Under the pieces are notes generated by a model that did not search any database, was not told where the DNA came from, and saw nothing but the letters and a program-made list of their open reading frames with translations. From assembly GCA_019637335.1 (NCBI GenBank), contig JAHBVV010000006.1, forward strand, positions 6,235 to 70,234: a DNA stretch of 64,000 nucleotides, given 5' to 3'. The translations under genes were made by a program, and so were the position numbers. Below, in pieces: positions 38,627-46,869 of the stretch (position 1 is the first letter of the stretch; each line of letters starts with the position of its first letter). Origin of the DNA: Candidatus Hydrogenedentota bacterium (GTDB taxonomy: Bacteria; Hydrogenedentota; Hydrogenedentia; Hydrogenedentales; JAEUWI01).

Positions 38627-39400
38627 ATGACAACAAACGCCAAGCAGCCCTTTTCCCTGGCGGGAAAGGTGGCGTGGATTACGGGCAGCAGCACGGGCCT
38701 GGGCAAGGTCATGGCCATGCAGATGGGCGCGGCGGGCGCGAAGGTGACGCTGAACTACGCCAACAACCAGGCGCGAGCGGAACAGACCTTTAAGGAATTC
38801 CAGGACGCCGGCCACGAAGGCATCCTGCTGCGCGGCAACGTGATCGAGGAAGCCGAGGTCAACCGCATGGCCCGCGAAATCGCGGATTCCCTGGGGCCGG
38901 TGGATATCCTGGTGGTGAACGCGACGCCCGATCAGCCGCAGATGCCGATCGAGGAATATACCTGGGAATTCTACCAGTCCATGCTGGACTTTTTTATCAA
39001 GAGCCCCTATCTCCTGACGCGCGCCGTGCTGCCGCATATGAAGGCCCAGCGCTGGGGCCGGATCATCAACATCGGGTCGGAAGTCTTTACCCGCGGCGTC
39101 CCGAATTTCACGGCCTACTGCGCCGCGAAAGGCGGCCAGAACGGCTTCAACCGCAGCCTCGCGAGCGAGCTGGCGCCGTTTGGGATCACGGTGAACATGA
39201 TTTCCCCCGGCTGGATTCCCGTGGAGCGCCACGAGAAGGACCCGCAGGAGATGAAGGACGAGTACCTGGCGGGGCTGCCCTCCAAACGCTGGGGCGTGCC
39301 GAAAGAGGTCGCGGACACGGCGGTCTTCCTGGCAAGCGACGAGGCGTCGTACGTATCCGGCCAGAATATCGCCGTAAACGGGGCGCACACGCTGGCGTAA
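38627..39400 (+). CDS. SDR family oxidoreductase (FabG-like 3-oxoacyl reductase type)
   Basis: AWITGSSTGLGKVMA (TGxxxGxG), NIGSEV and YCAAKGG (YxxxK) are present, with a GGAGGAG RBS. Confidence 0.88.
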   Translation: MTTNAKQPFSLAGKVAWITGSSTGLGKVMAMQMGAAGAKVTLNYANNQARAEQTFKEFQDAGHEGILLRGNVIEEAEVNRMAREIADSLGPVDILVVNATPDQPQMPIEEYTWEFYQSMLDFFIKSPYLLTRAVLPHMKAQRWGRIINIGSEVFTRGVPNFTAYCAAKGGQNGFNRSLASELAPFGITVNMISPGWIPVERHEKDPQEMKDEYLAGLPSKRWGVPKEVADTAVFLASDEASYVSGQNIAVNGAHTLA

Positions 39401-39780
39401 ACCGCGAAATTGCCCGAAAGCCGCCCGCGCGTGCAATTGAAGACCGGTGAACCACAACCGCACACGAATTGGGAAATGGTATCACGTTGGCGGAATGAAG
39501 CACCCACCGCCTTGGAGGCGATTCTCGGTCAAGACGGGCGTGAATAGCAGGATCGTGGACACTCCGCGGCAAAGCACGCTCAAATTCCAACGGGCACGAT
39601 GAACCGGAGCCGCGCACGCCGAGTACCAAGACTAACATCGCATCCCCGAAAGGCTTCCTCAGGGCCATACGCGTGCTTCCACACAGTGGCGCACCTTGCC
39701 GCGGACAAACGAAGACGCGCCGGAGGCGAGAATGTCCGCGATCCTTGGGCTCACGAGATGCCCTGCGCGACCACGGGAGC

Positions 39781-39921
39781 ATGGCGCCGAAGGAATTGTG
39801 GGCGGCCCTCGGCGTCTCGCGCCAGGGCGCGATGGACCTGCTCAATCCGCTGCTGGACGCCGGCCTCGTCGAGAAGGTCGGCGGAAAAAAGAGCGGGCGG
39901 TATGTGCTGCGGGGAAATTAG
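39781..39921 (+). pseudogene. Possible remnant of a winged-HTH C-terminus
   Basis: MAPKELWAALGVSRQGAMDLLNPLLDAGLVEKVGGKKSGRYVLR is only 46 aa. The surrounding 39401-40120 has no convincing ORF. Confidence 0.25.
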
Positions 39922-40099
39922 CGCGAGTTTGGCTTCTATTCCCGGTTCGGCTGCCGCAGTCAGGCGCCGTATTCTGCTCCGGTTCATCGGACCCGCTGGA
40001 GCAAGGCCAGTCTTAACGCAATCACGAACGCCCGCGATCCTTGGGGATCTGGCTCAAGCAATGGCCTGCGCGACTTCGAAGTCCGGATGGCGCCCCCAT

Positions 40100-40220
40100 G
40101 TGTACCCATGCCGCTTCCGCCCATACGTCCGCCCACGTACTCCTCCACCAGCTTTCGCTTGCCGTGCAACTCATGCGCCAGCGCCCGCAGTCTGATTTGG
40201 AGAAGCGGGGCGCAATTCAT
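40100..40220 (-). pseudogene. Relic copy of an ispG 3' end
   Basis: The minus-strand translation ...ALAHELHGKRKLVEEYVGG... parallels the real IspG C-terminus ...ELANQFRLLLEEYVGRTY. Nucleotides 40123-40147 match 42812-42837 at 25/26 with a 1-nt indel. Confidence 0.45.
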
Positions 40221-40259
40221 TGTATTGCAACGCGCATCGTTACGCGATACACTTAAGGC

Positions 40260-40538
40260 ATGCTACGAACGATACGGCACAAGGGAATTAAAAGGCTCGT
40301 CCAAAGAAACGATAGGAGCGGACTGAATGCCGAACAACTCCCCCGAATCGTTCGTGTGATTGCTCTGCTGGATCGGGCAACCACGCCCCAGGATTTGGAC
40401 ATCCCCGGGTATCACCTGCACCCCCTCCGGGGAGATTTACAGGGCTTCTGGTCGGTTCGGATAACGGGAAATTACCGCCTGATATTTCGCATGGAGAAGG
40501 GCGACGTGTTCGACATCGATCTGGTGGATTGCCATTAA
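40260..40538 (+). CDS. higB: HigB-type (RelE/ParE superfamily, plasmid-maintenance killer) toxin
   Basis: MLRTIRHKGIKRLVQRNDRSGLNAEQLPRIVRVIALLDRATTPQDLDIPGYHLHPLRGDLQGFWSVRITGNYRLIF. Confidence 0.85.
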   Translation: MLRTIRHKGIKRLVQRNDRSGLNAEQLPRIVRVIALLDRATTPQDLDIPGYHLHPLRGDLQGFWSVRITGNYRLIFRMEKGDVFDIDLVDCH

Positions 40539-40554
40539 TAAAGGATAAGCAGCG

Positions 40555-40845
40555 ATGAAAATCAATATGCCTCTCCCCCACCCTGGCGAAGTAATCAAAC
40601 ACGATTGCCTGGACGAATTGGGGCTGAATGTAACGGATGGGGCCAAGGTGTTGGGGGTAACACGAAACACACTTTCCCGGATCATCAACGGCCGCGCCGG
40701 CATATCGGCGGAAATGGCCATCCGGCTCGAAAAAGCCGGCTGGTCGAACGCCGATATGTGGTTGCGTCTCCAGGCGGCCTATGATCTGGCCGAGGCCCGA
40801 AAGCACGAGGACGAAATACACGTCGTGCGCTTCGAGATGGTGTAA
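40555..40845 (+). CDS. higA: HigA-type antitoxin (HTH_XRE)
   Basis: [71 protein letters not shown]; it starts 16 nt after higB. Confidence 0.88.
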   Translation: MKINMPLPHPGEVIKHDCLDELGLNVTDGAKVLGVTRNTLSRIINGRAGISAEMAIRLEKAGWSNADMWLRLQAAYDLAEARKHEDEIHVVRFEMV

Positions 40846-41011
40846 GCGGGGTGTGACGGCAGCACGAACAGCAGTGATTGGAATGGCCCGCCAGTAAGAT
40901 GGTATCGTGATTCAGCAAGGGCGTCAGCGCGGGCGAATCCGCTTGATCACAGGCGATCAAGCGTACGAGGATCTGGGTGTACAAACCTGGCGCGCGGAGG
41001 ATAAGTAGCTA

Positions 41012-41254
41012 GTGCCGACCGTGTTGCGAAGCGGTCCATATCCCATCTACTTCTATAGCCATGAACCCAATGAGCCGCCGCATGTTCACGTTGACGGGAA
41101 CGATTTGTCGGCCAAGTTCTGGTTGCAGCCGGTTGGCCTCGCCCGGAACTTCGGCTTCTCGCCCAGAGATTTGCGGCGGCTTCAGAAACTGGTCATTCAA
41201 CATCAAACGGCATTCCTGGAGGCTTGGCATGGGCATCTTGGCGCTGACGGCTGA
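41012..41254 (+). CDS. DUF4160 domain protein
   Basis: The start is GTG. YFYSHEPNEPPHVHVDGNDLSAKFWL is the DUF4160 signature. Confidence 0.75.
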   Translation: MPTVLRSGPYPIYFYSHEPNEPPHVHVDGNDLSAKFWLQPVGLARNFGFSPRDLRRLQKLVIQHQTAFLEAWHGHLGADG

Positions 41255-41525
41255 CGAGCGCGTCACGGACGTAAAATTCGCAAGAGACACGTTGAGTGTG
41301 GCACTGCGGGACGGGCGGACCATCACCGTCCCGCTGGCCTGGTATCCGCGCTTGTTTAACGCGACAGCGGCCCAGCGGAAGAATTGGCAAGTCGCGGGTG
41401 GCGGCTACGGCATCCATTGGCCGGATCTTGATGAAGACTTGAGCACGGAGGGATTGCTTCGCGGCGCTCCGGCCCCATGCAGTCGCCAGCTTGGGGATGC
41501 GGATAACACGGGCCGCCGAGGCTGA
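41229..41525 (+). CDS. DUF2442 domain protein
   Basis: The internal ATG overlaps the DUF4160 gene by 26 nt. VTDVKFARDTLSVALRDGRTITVPLAWYPRL...GGGYGIHWPDLDEDL is present. Confidence 0.7.
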   Translation: MGILALTADERVTDVKFARDTLSVALRDGRTITVPLAWYPRLFNATAAQRKNWQVAGGGYGIHWPDLDEDLSTEGLLRGAPAPCSRQLGDADNTGRRG

Positions 41526-41684
41526 CGCCCACCCACCCGGTTTCCCTCCGATCAATAGGGAGCTGATGGAACGCTACGGGAGCATCGGAAAGTCCATCAG
41601 GCGCCTTATTCCGCTCCGTGGTGGGAGAACACCTGTCTTATCGGCGTTCCGGCGCTGCCGGGCTGAAAGAATGGATCAACGAAA

Positions 41685-41939
41685 ATGGCGATTCCCGACG
41701 ATATCGACGCAGAAAAACTCGCCGAAGCGGCCCTGGCGATACTCTGTTTGACCGCCTTTCAGGATGACCCCGTCATGCGCGCCTGGAAAGGGATGGACTG
41801 GGACCTCATGGACATGCTCTATGAGCGCGGCTGGATACGAGACCCGAAGGGCAAAGCAAAGTCCGTGGTCCTGACCGAAGAAGGCCTCGCAAAAGCCGAA
41901 CACTTCCTCCAACGGCACTTCGCAAAGGACGCGGTTTGA
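41685..41939 (+). CDS. Small conserved hypothetical protein (DUF6429-like, from memory)
   Basis: The 84-aa sequence AWKGMDWDLMDMLYERGWIRDPKGKAKSVVLTEEGLAKAEHFLQRHF has ordinary composition. Confidence 0.55.
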   Translation: MAIPDDIDAEKLAEAALAILCLTAFQDDPVMRAWKGMDWDLMDMLYERGWIRDPKGKAKSVVLTEEGLAKAEHFLQRHFAKDAV

Positions 41940-41999
41940 AGCGGCATCGAACAAGGGAGCGGTCGTGGGACGCTGCTCCAGCGCAAGCCGTTATACAAC

Positions 42000-42404
42000 G
42001 TGGAGAAGGGGATGCACCCAGACATTCTGAGGTACAACGAACAGCAAGCGCCTGACCACAAGGATGTATGCGGTGTGCTTGCCCGTGAAATCGATCGAAA
42101 TCTGCCCGAGGCTGAGAATAAGATCTGGCACGCCCATCCGGTCTGGTTTCTGGAAGGCAATCCGACGGTCGGATACAGCAAGCAGAAACCGGGGATACGA
42201 TTGATGTTCTGGAGCGGGGCGGATTTTGAAGAAAAGGGGTTGAGCGTAGTAGGCAAGAAATTCAAGGATGCGTCGATTTTTTACAACAACGTATTGGAAA
42301 TCGACAAGAGCGATCTACAGCGCTGGCTGGAGAAGGCCAGGGAGATTCAATGGGACTACCGGAACCTGGTTAAGCGGAAAGGCCAGCTTGAGCGACTGAA
42401 GTGA
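42000..42404 (+). CDS. DUF1801 (YdhG-like) domain protein
   Basis: IWHAHPVWFLEGNPTVGYSKQKPGIRLMFWSG...KFKDASIFYNNVLEIDKSDLQRWLEKA is present. An alternative ATG exists at 42012. Confidence 0.65.
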   Translation: MEKGMHPDILRYNEQQAPDHKDVCGVLAREIDRNLPEAENKIWHAHPVWFLEGNPTVGYSKQKPGIRLMFWSGADFEEKGLSVVGKKFKDASIFYNNVLEIDKSDLQRWLEKAREIQWDYRNLVKRKGQLERLK

Positions 42405-42503
42405 TGGGAGACGACTTGCTGCTGCTGCACGAAACGTATGGGCGGCGACTCTTGGGCCTTTCCGCCTTCGAAGGTGTTGCACCGGGCGATAGCCCACTCA
42501 GTG

Positions 42504-42776
42504 CTACTCCGCTGTTCCATTCGCCTTGAGCGGAAAGCGTTCGGGATGTTCTATGATTTCTTCCGTCAGATCGATGTCGATATCAGGCCAATGGAAGTGT
42601 CCCGGTGACACTTCGACCACATTGATGATAGCTTCCACGGGCTGGCGCTTGAACCAGGGGAAGTCCTGGTAGGACATGAACAGTTCCCTACCGCGCGCCC
42701 GTATCCAGACACCATGGGCCGAAATATTGGTGATCTCAACCGCCAAAGTGCTGTTGCCATGCGGCGACAAGCTCAT
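42504..42776 (-). CDS. DUF2442 domain protein (second copy, solo)
   Basis: VEITNISAHGVWIRARGRELFMSYQDFPWFKRQPVEAIINVVEVSPGHFHWPDIDIDL; its start is 23 nt downstream of the ispG stop. Confidence 0.7.
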   Translation of the reverse strand: MSLSPHGNSTLAVEITNISAHGVWIRARGRELFMSYQDFPWFKRQPVEAIINVVEVSPGHFHWPDIDIDLTEEIIEHPERFPLKANGTAE

Positions 42777-42799
42777 CGCTATGCTCCTTCAAGTACACC

Positions 42800-44026
42800 C
42801 TACCTCCGGCTATACGTCCGCCCCACGTACTCCTCCAGCAGCAGCCGGAACTGGTTCGCCAGTTCGTCCTTCGTCCCGGAGTAGCTCGCGTACTTCTCCC
42901 CATCCACGTACACCGGACACACCGGGTCTTCCCCGTTCCCCGGCAGGCTGATGCCGATGTTCGCCGCCTTCGATTCCCCGGGGCCGTTCACCACGCAGCC
43001 CATCACGGCGACCTTGAGCGCCTCGACCCCTTCGAATTCATTCCGCCACGCGGGCATGCGCAGGCGCACGTAGTCCTGGGTTTCGGCGGCGAGCTCCTGG
43101 AAGGTGGTGCTCGTGGTGCGGCCGCAGCCGGGGCACGCCGTGATGCTCGGCGCGAACTGCCGGATGCCCAGTGCCTGCAGCAGCTCCTGGCACGCGTACA
43201 CCTCCTCCCGCCGGTCCCCGCCGGGCTGCGGCGTGAGCGAGACCCGGATCGTGTCGCCGATCCCATCCGCCAGCAACACGCCCATCGACGCGGCGGACCA
43301 GACCTGCCCTTTCATCCCCATGCCCGCCTCCGTCAGGCCGAGGTGCAGCGGCTGGCGCGTCCGCGCGCTGAGCCGGCGGTACAGGTCGATGAGGTAGAGC
43401 GGGACGCTGGTCTTGCAGGAGATGATGATCTGGTCTTCGCGGAGTCCCGCCGCCAGGGCCAGCTCCGTGGACTGGACGGCGGAGAGAATCATACAGTCGT
43501 TTATGATTTCTTCGGAGGTCTTGCCGAGGTTTGCGTCGGTATTGATTTGCATCTGCTCCACCACCAACTCCTGGTTCAGCGAGCCCATGTTTACGCCAAT
43601 TCGCACCGGTTTCTGGTGGTCCATGGCGATTTTGCAGATCGTCGCGAACTGCTCGTCCCGCTTCTGCCCCTTCCCCACGTTCCCCGGGTTGATCCGGTAT
43701 TTCGCCAGCAGCCGCGCGCACGACGGGCTCCCCGTCAGCAGCCGGTGCCCGTTGTAGTGGAAATCGCCGATGATCGGCACGTTCACCCCGGCGTCGTGCA
43801 TCCGCAGCACAATCTCCTCCACCGCCTCCGCCGCCTTCGGCGTGTTCACCGTAATGCGCACCAGCTCGGAGCCCGCCTCCGCCAGCGCCACAATCTGCCG
43901 CGCGGTGGACGCCGCGTCCTCCGTGTCGGTGTTGGTCATCGACTGCACCACCACCGGCGCGCCGCCGCCGACCTGCACGCCGCCAACGTTGACGCCGATG
44001 GTTTCTTTTCGGGGACTGAGGGACAT
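42800..44026 (-). CDS. ispG: 4-hydroxy-3-methylbut-2-en-1-yl diphosphate synthase (flavodoxin)
   Basis: From the internal ATG at 44026: MSLSPRKETIGVNVGGVQVGGGAPVVVQSMTNTDTEDAAST...RITVNT...PIIGDFHYNGH...GVNMGSL...ACPGCGRT...MGCVVNGPGE. The 538-aa track ORF's N-terminus reads through the repeat region. Confidence 0.92.
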   Translation of the reverse strand: MSLSPRKETIGVNVGGVQVGGGAPVVVQSMTNTDTEDAASTARQIVALAEAGSELVRITVNTPKAAEAVEEIVLRMHDAGVNVPIIGDFHYNGHRLLTGSPSCARLLAKYRINPGNVGKGQKRDEQFATICKIAMDHQKPVRIGVNMGSLNQELVVEQMQINTDANLGKTSEEIINDCMILSAVQSTELALAAGLREDQIIISCKTSVPLYLIDLYRRLSARTRQPLHLGLTEAGMGMKGQVWSAASMGVLLADGIGDTIRVSLTPQPGGDRREEVYACQELLQALGIRQFAPSITACPGCGRTTSTTFQELAAETQDYVRLRMPAWRNEFEGVEALKVAVMGCVVNGPGESKAANIGISLPGNGEDPVCPVYVDGEKYASYSGTKDELANQFRLLLEEYVGRTYSRR

Positions 44027-44178
44027 CGTGGGAACTCCAAAGGCCCATCCGGGCGCGGTGTGCTGGATTGCCGGCGCGGGCGGATGCGGGGAAAGGTTCA
44101 CGCGCCGCTGCCTTACCTCTATGATACGTTGTCCCGGAAAGTTGCCGCAAGACAAGCCGCAAGAAGCCCCCCCGGCAA

Positions 44179-44411
44179 GTGCCACGCGATTCGGCAACGC
44201 CGATTCGTGTGCCCGTGTTCCAGGCCCCCCCGAACCACCACCAGACGCGCCGGCGAGCGGCATAATTCCGTTCATTCGACTCCCATTGTGTCGGCCAGGA
44301 CGGCCAACCTCCTTTGGCCCCCCAGGCATGTGCCACGCGATTCGGCAACGCCGATTCGTGTGCCCGTGTTCCAACCCCCCCGGACCCTCACCAGACGCGC
44401 CGGCGAGCGGC
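44179..44411. repeat. Two direct copies (44179-44261 and 44330-44411, period 151 bp) of a hairpin-bearing repeat
   Basis: The first 44 nt are identical (gtgccacgcgattcggcaacgccgattcgtgtgcccgtgttcca). About 16 variable nt follow, then an identical 23 nt (caccagacgcgccggcgagcggc). Each copy contains a 13-bp imperfect hairpin, cacgcgattcggc-aac-gccgattcgtgtg. Confidence 0.85.
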
Positions 44412-44536
44412 GCCATCCCAGCCCCTCCACACGTACATTTGCCCCGCCACTACGATCCCGCTATCATTCACCCCGGACCTCGCGCCACCCGGCGAAACAA
44501 GCCGGATCAGCCCTCGAGATGGAAGGAGATCATTAC

Positions 44537-45781
44537 GTGCGATTCCCCACACGCTTCTCTCTGTACATCATTCCGCTTGCCCTTCTGGCCGCGTCCTGCC
44601 CCGCCAGCGCGTCCGACTGGCCCCAATTCCGCGGCCCCGACCGAAACGGCCAATCGCCCGAAACCGGACTCCTCACACACTGGCCCGAATCCGGCCCGCC
44701 CCTCCTCTGGACCGCCGAAGGCCTCGGCGCGGGCTTCTCGTCCGCCGTCGTGTCGGGTGACACCGTCTACGTCACCGGCATGCGCGAAGACGGCGCCGAG
44801 GGCCTTCTTCACGCCTTCGATCTCGACGGCAACCGCCGCTGGTCCACGCCCTACGGCCCGGAATGGGATCAGGCCCACCCCGGATCCCGCTACCCGCCCA
44901 CCTTCGCCGGCGGCAGGGCCTACCTCCTCAGCGGGCGCGGCGTAGTCACCGCAATCGACGCCGCCACCGGCGAAATCATCTGGCAGCGGGACATCGCGGC
45001 GGATTTCGGCGGCGAAGCCCCCGCCATGGGCTTCGCCGAGTCCCTCCTGATCGACCGCGATCACGTGATCGTTACGCCGGGCGGCCCCGACGCCAGTGTC
45101 GTGGCCCTCAACCGGGAAAACGGCGAAACCCGCTGGACCAGCGCCGGCCTCAGCGACCAGTCGGCCTACTGTTCCCCCATCCTGATCGAACGCGGCGGCG
45201 CCCGCATGATCGTCACCCTCGTCGCCGCGACCCTGGCCGCCCTCGACCCCGAAACCGGCGCCCTGATCTGGCGCGTCCCCTTCGACGAAAACGAAGAATT
45301 GCAAAACCACGCCGTGGCCCCCGTCTACGAGAACGGCCTCCTCTACGCCACCAGCGGCCACCGAAAGGGCGGCGTACTATACGAACTCGCCCCCGATGGC
45401 CAATCCATCACCGAGCGCTGGCGCGACGAAATCCTGAACAACCACCACGGCGGCGTGATCTTTCGGGAGGGCTACCTCTACGGCGCCACGCTGAACGGGC
45501 GCTGGGTCTGCCTCGCGGCGGAGGATGGCGCCCTCCAATACGAAGCCCGCGGCGTCGGCAAAGGCTCCATCACCTACGCGGACGGCCACTTCTACTGCTA
45601 CAGTGAAAAGGGCGCGCTCGGGCTGGTCCCCGCCATCCCCGGGGAACACGCGGTCACGTCGGAGTTTCGCGTCAACGCCGGCCGCGGACCCCACTGGGCC
45701 CACCCCACCATCGCGGGCGGACGCCTCTACCTGCGCCATGGCGATGTCCTGCGGTGTTATGACCTGCGCCAGTCCGGTTGA
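44537..45781 (+). CDS. PQQ-like beta-propeller repeat protein (BamB-like fold), secreted
   Basis: The GTG at 44537 follows GGAGA; an alternative ATG exists at 44519. The signal peptide is VRFPTRFSLYIIPLALLAASCPASA. DWPQFRGPDRNGQSPETGLL and repeated ...G.lYv... blades are present. Confidence 0.8.
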   Translation: MRFPTRFSLYIIPLALLAASCPASASDWPQFRGPDRNGQSPETGLLTHWPESGPPLLWTAEGLGAGFSSAVVSGDTVYVTGMREDGAEGLLHAFDLDGNRRWSTPYGPEWDQAHPGSRYPPTFAGGRAYLLSGRGVVTAIDAATGEIIWQRDIAADFGGEAPAMGFAESLLIDRDHVIVTPGGPDASVVALNRENGETRWTSAGLSDQSAYCSPILIERGGARMIVTLVAATLAALDPETGALIWRVPFDENEELQNHAVAPVYENGLLYATSGHRKGGVLYELAPDGQSITERWRDEILNNHHGGVIFREGYLYGATLNGRWVCLAAEDGALQYEARGVGKGSITYADGHFYCYSEKGALGLVPAIPGEHAVTSEFRVNAGRGPHWAHPTIAGGRLYLRHGDVLRCYDLRQSG

Positions 45782-45849
45782 AGAAAACGGTTGACTATCC
45801 CCGGCCCCATTGCGTAGCCTGAGCCCGGCAACGAACCAGGGATTTTCGC

Positions 45850-46869
45850 TTGAGACACTTCGCTTTCCTCACCATCGCGCTCGCCGCCGCCGCATGCCTT
45901 CCCGCGTGCCAGGCCAGCGAGCGCCCGCCGCTGCGGAAGGGCGAGCCGCTCGCGCTGCGGGTGAACGTGCCCGCGGGCGCCGTCCAACGGGTGGATTCCT
46001 CCGCCCGCTCCCTCGGGCGCTATGAATTCATGGGCGAGGAAATCCGGATAGAGGGATTCACCCGCTTCGTCTACGAACTCCGCGCGCTCCAGCGCAGCCG
46101 CTCCGGCGACACCGAGTTCTCCGTCACCCCGCACATCTACGAAGTCAAGGATCAGGTCGTCACCCCGCGCGGCGATCGCCAGCGCCCCCCCGCTGTCCAA
46201 AACCTCTTTGCGGTCATGGAAGAGGCCATCCGCCTGCATCCCTTCCGCTTCACCGTCGGCGCCAATGGCCGGATAACCCACGTGGAAGGCCTCAACGCGC
46301 TGGAAAACGCCATCGCGGGCGTCATCTCCCGCGCCGATATCGCCTTCCCGGACATGGACCCCGTCGAGCAGCATGCGTGGCGCCGCGCCTTCATGGCGCA
46401 CATCGACGAACGCCCCATCCGCCGCCATATCCACGAGGCCTACGGATTCCTGCCCGAAGGCCCCGTCCGCCTGGGGGACACCTGGCCGCCCCCCGACGCC
46501 GACGCCCCCTGGCCCTTCCTCCCCGTCACCGAGGAAACCCGCCTGATCAACCGGCGCGGCGATCAGTACTACATCCGCATTGATGGTGAATTCGACCCCC
46601 CCGCCGATTCAGACTGGACCCGCTATCGCGGCGGCTCAACCCGGGAAATCCTCGTGGATCCGGCTACCGGACTGGGCCTCAGTCAGGACGAAACCATCTA
46701 CTGGCGCCGCAAACGGGGCCGCGCGCCCTGGGAGCAGTTCACCCTGCGCTCGCTCGAAGCCCGCCGCGCGGTCCAGATCCACGCTGGCCCCGTCGCCCCA
46801 TCCCCCCACCTTCACGCCATCCACCGCTTTCCCTTTATGGAAGAGGCCAGGCGAGGCGCCTCGCAGTGA
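45850..46869 (+). CDS. Hypothetical secreted protein
   Basis: The TTG start has AGGGA upstream. The N-terminus MRHFAFLTIALAAAACLPACQA is signal-like. I recognise no family. Confidence 0.55.
   Translation: MRHFAFLTIALAAAACLPACQASERPPLRKGEPLALRVNVPAGAVQRVDSSARSLGRYEFMGEEIRIEGFTRFVYELRALQRSRSGDTEFSVTPHIYEVKDQVVTPRGDRQRPPAVQNLFAVMEEAIRLHPFRFTVGANGRITHVEGLNALENAIAGVISRADIAFPDMDPVEQHAWRRAFMAHIDERPIRRHIHEAYGFLPEGPVRLGDTWPPPDADAPWPFLPVTEETRLINRRGDQYYIRIDGEFDPPADSDWTRYRGGSTREILVDPATGLGLSQDETIYWRRKRGRAPWEQFTLRSLEARRAVQIHAGPVAPSPHLHAIHRFPFMEEARRGASQ

Noticed and set aside
39186-39845. 219-aa minus-strand ORF, with overlapping + ORFs 39599-40195 and 39696-40016
   Set aside because: They are Arg/Pro/Ser-rich and low-complexity, mutually overlapping, and lack motifs. 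The region is treated as decayed or non-coding.
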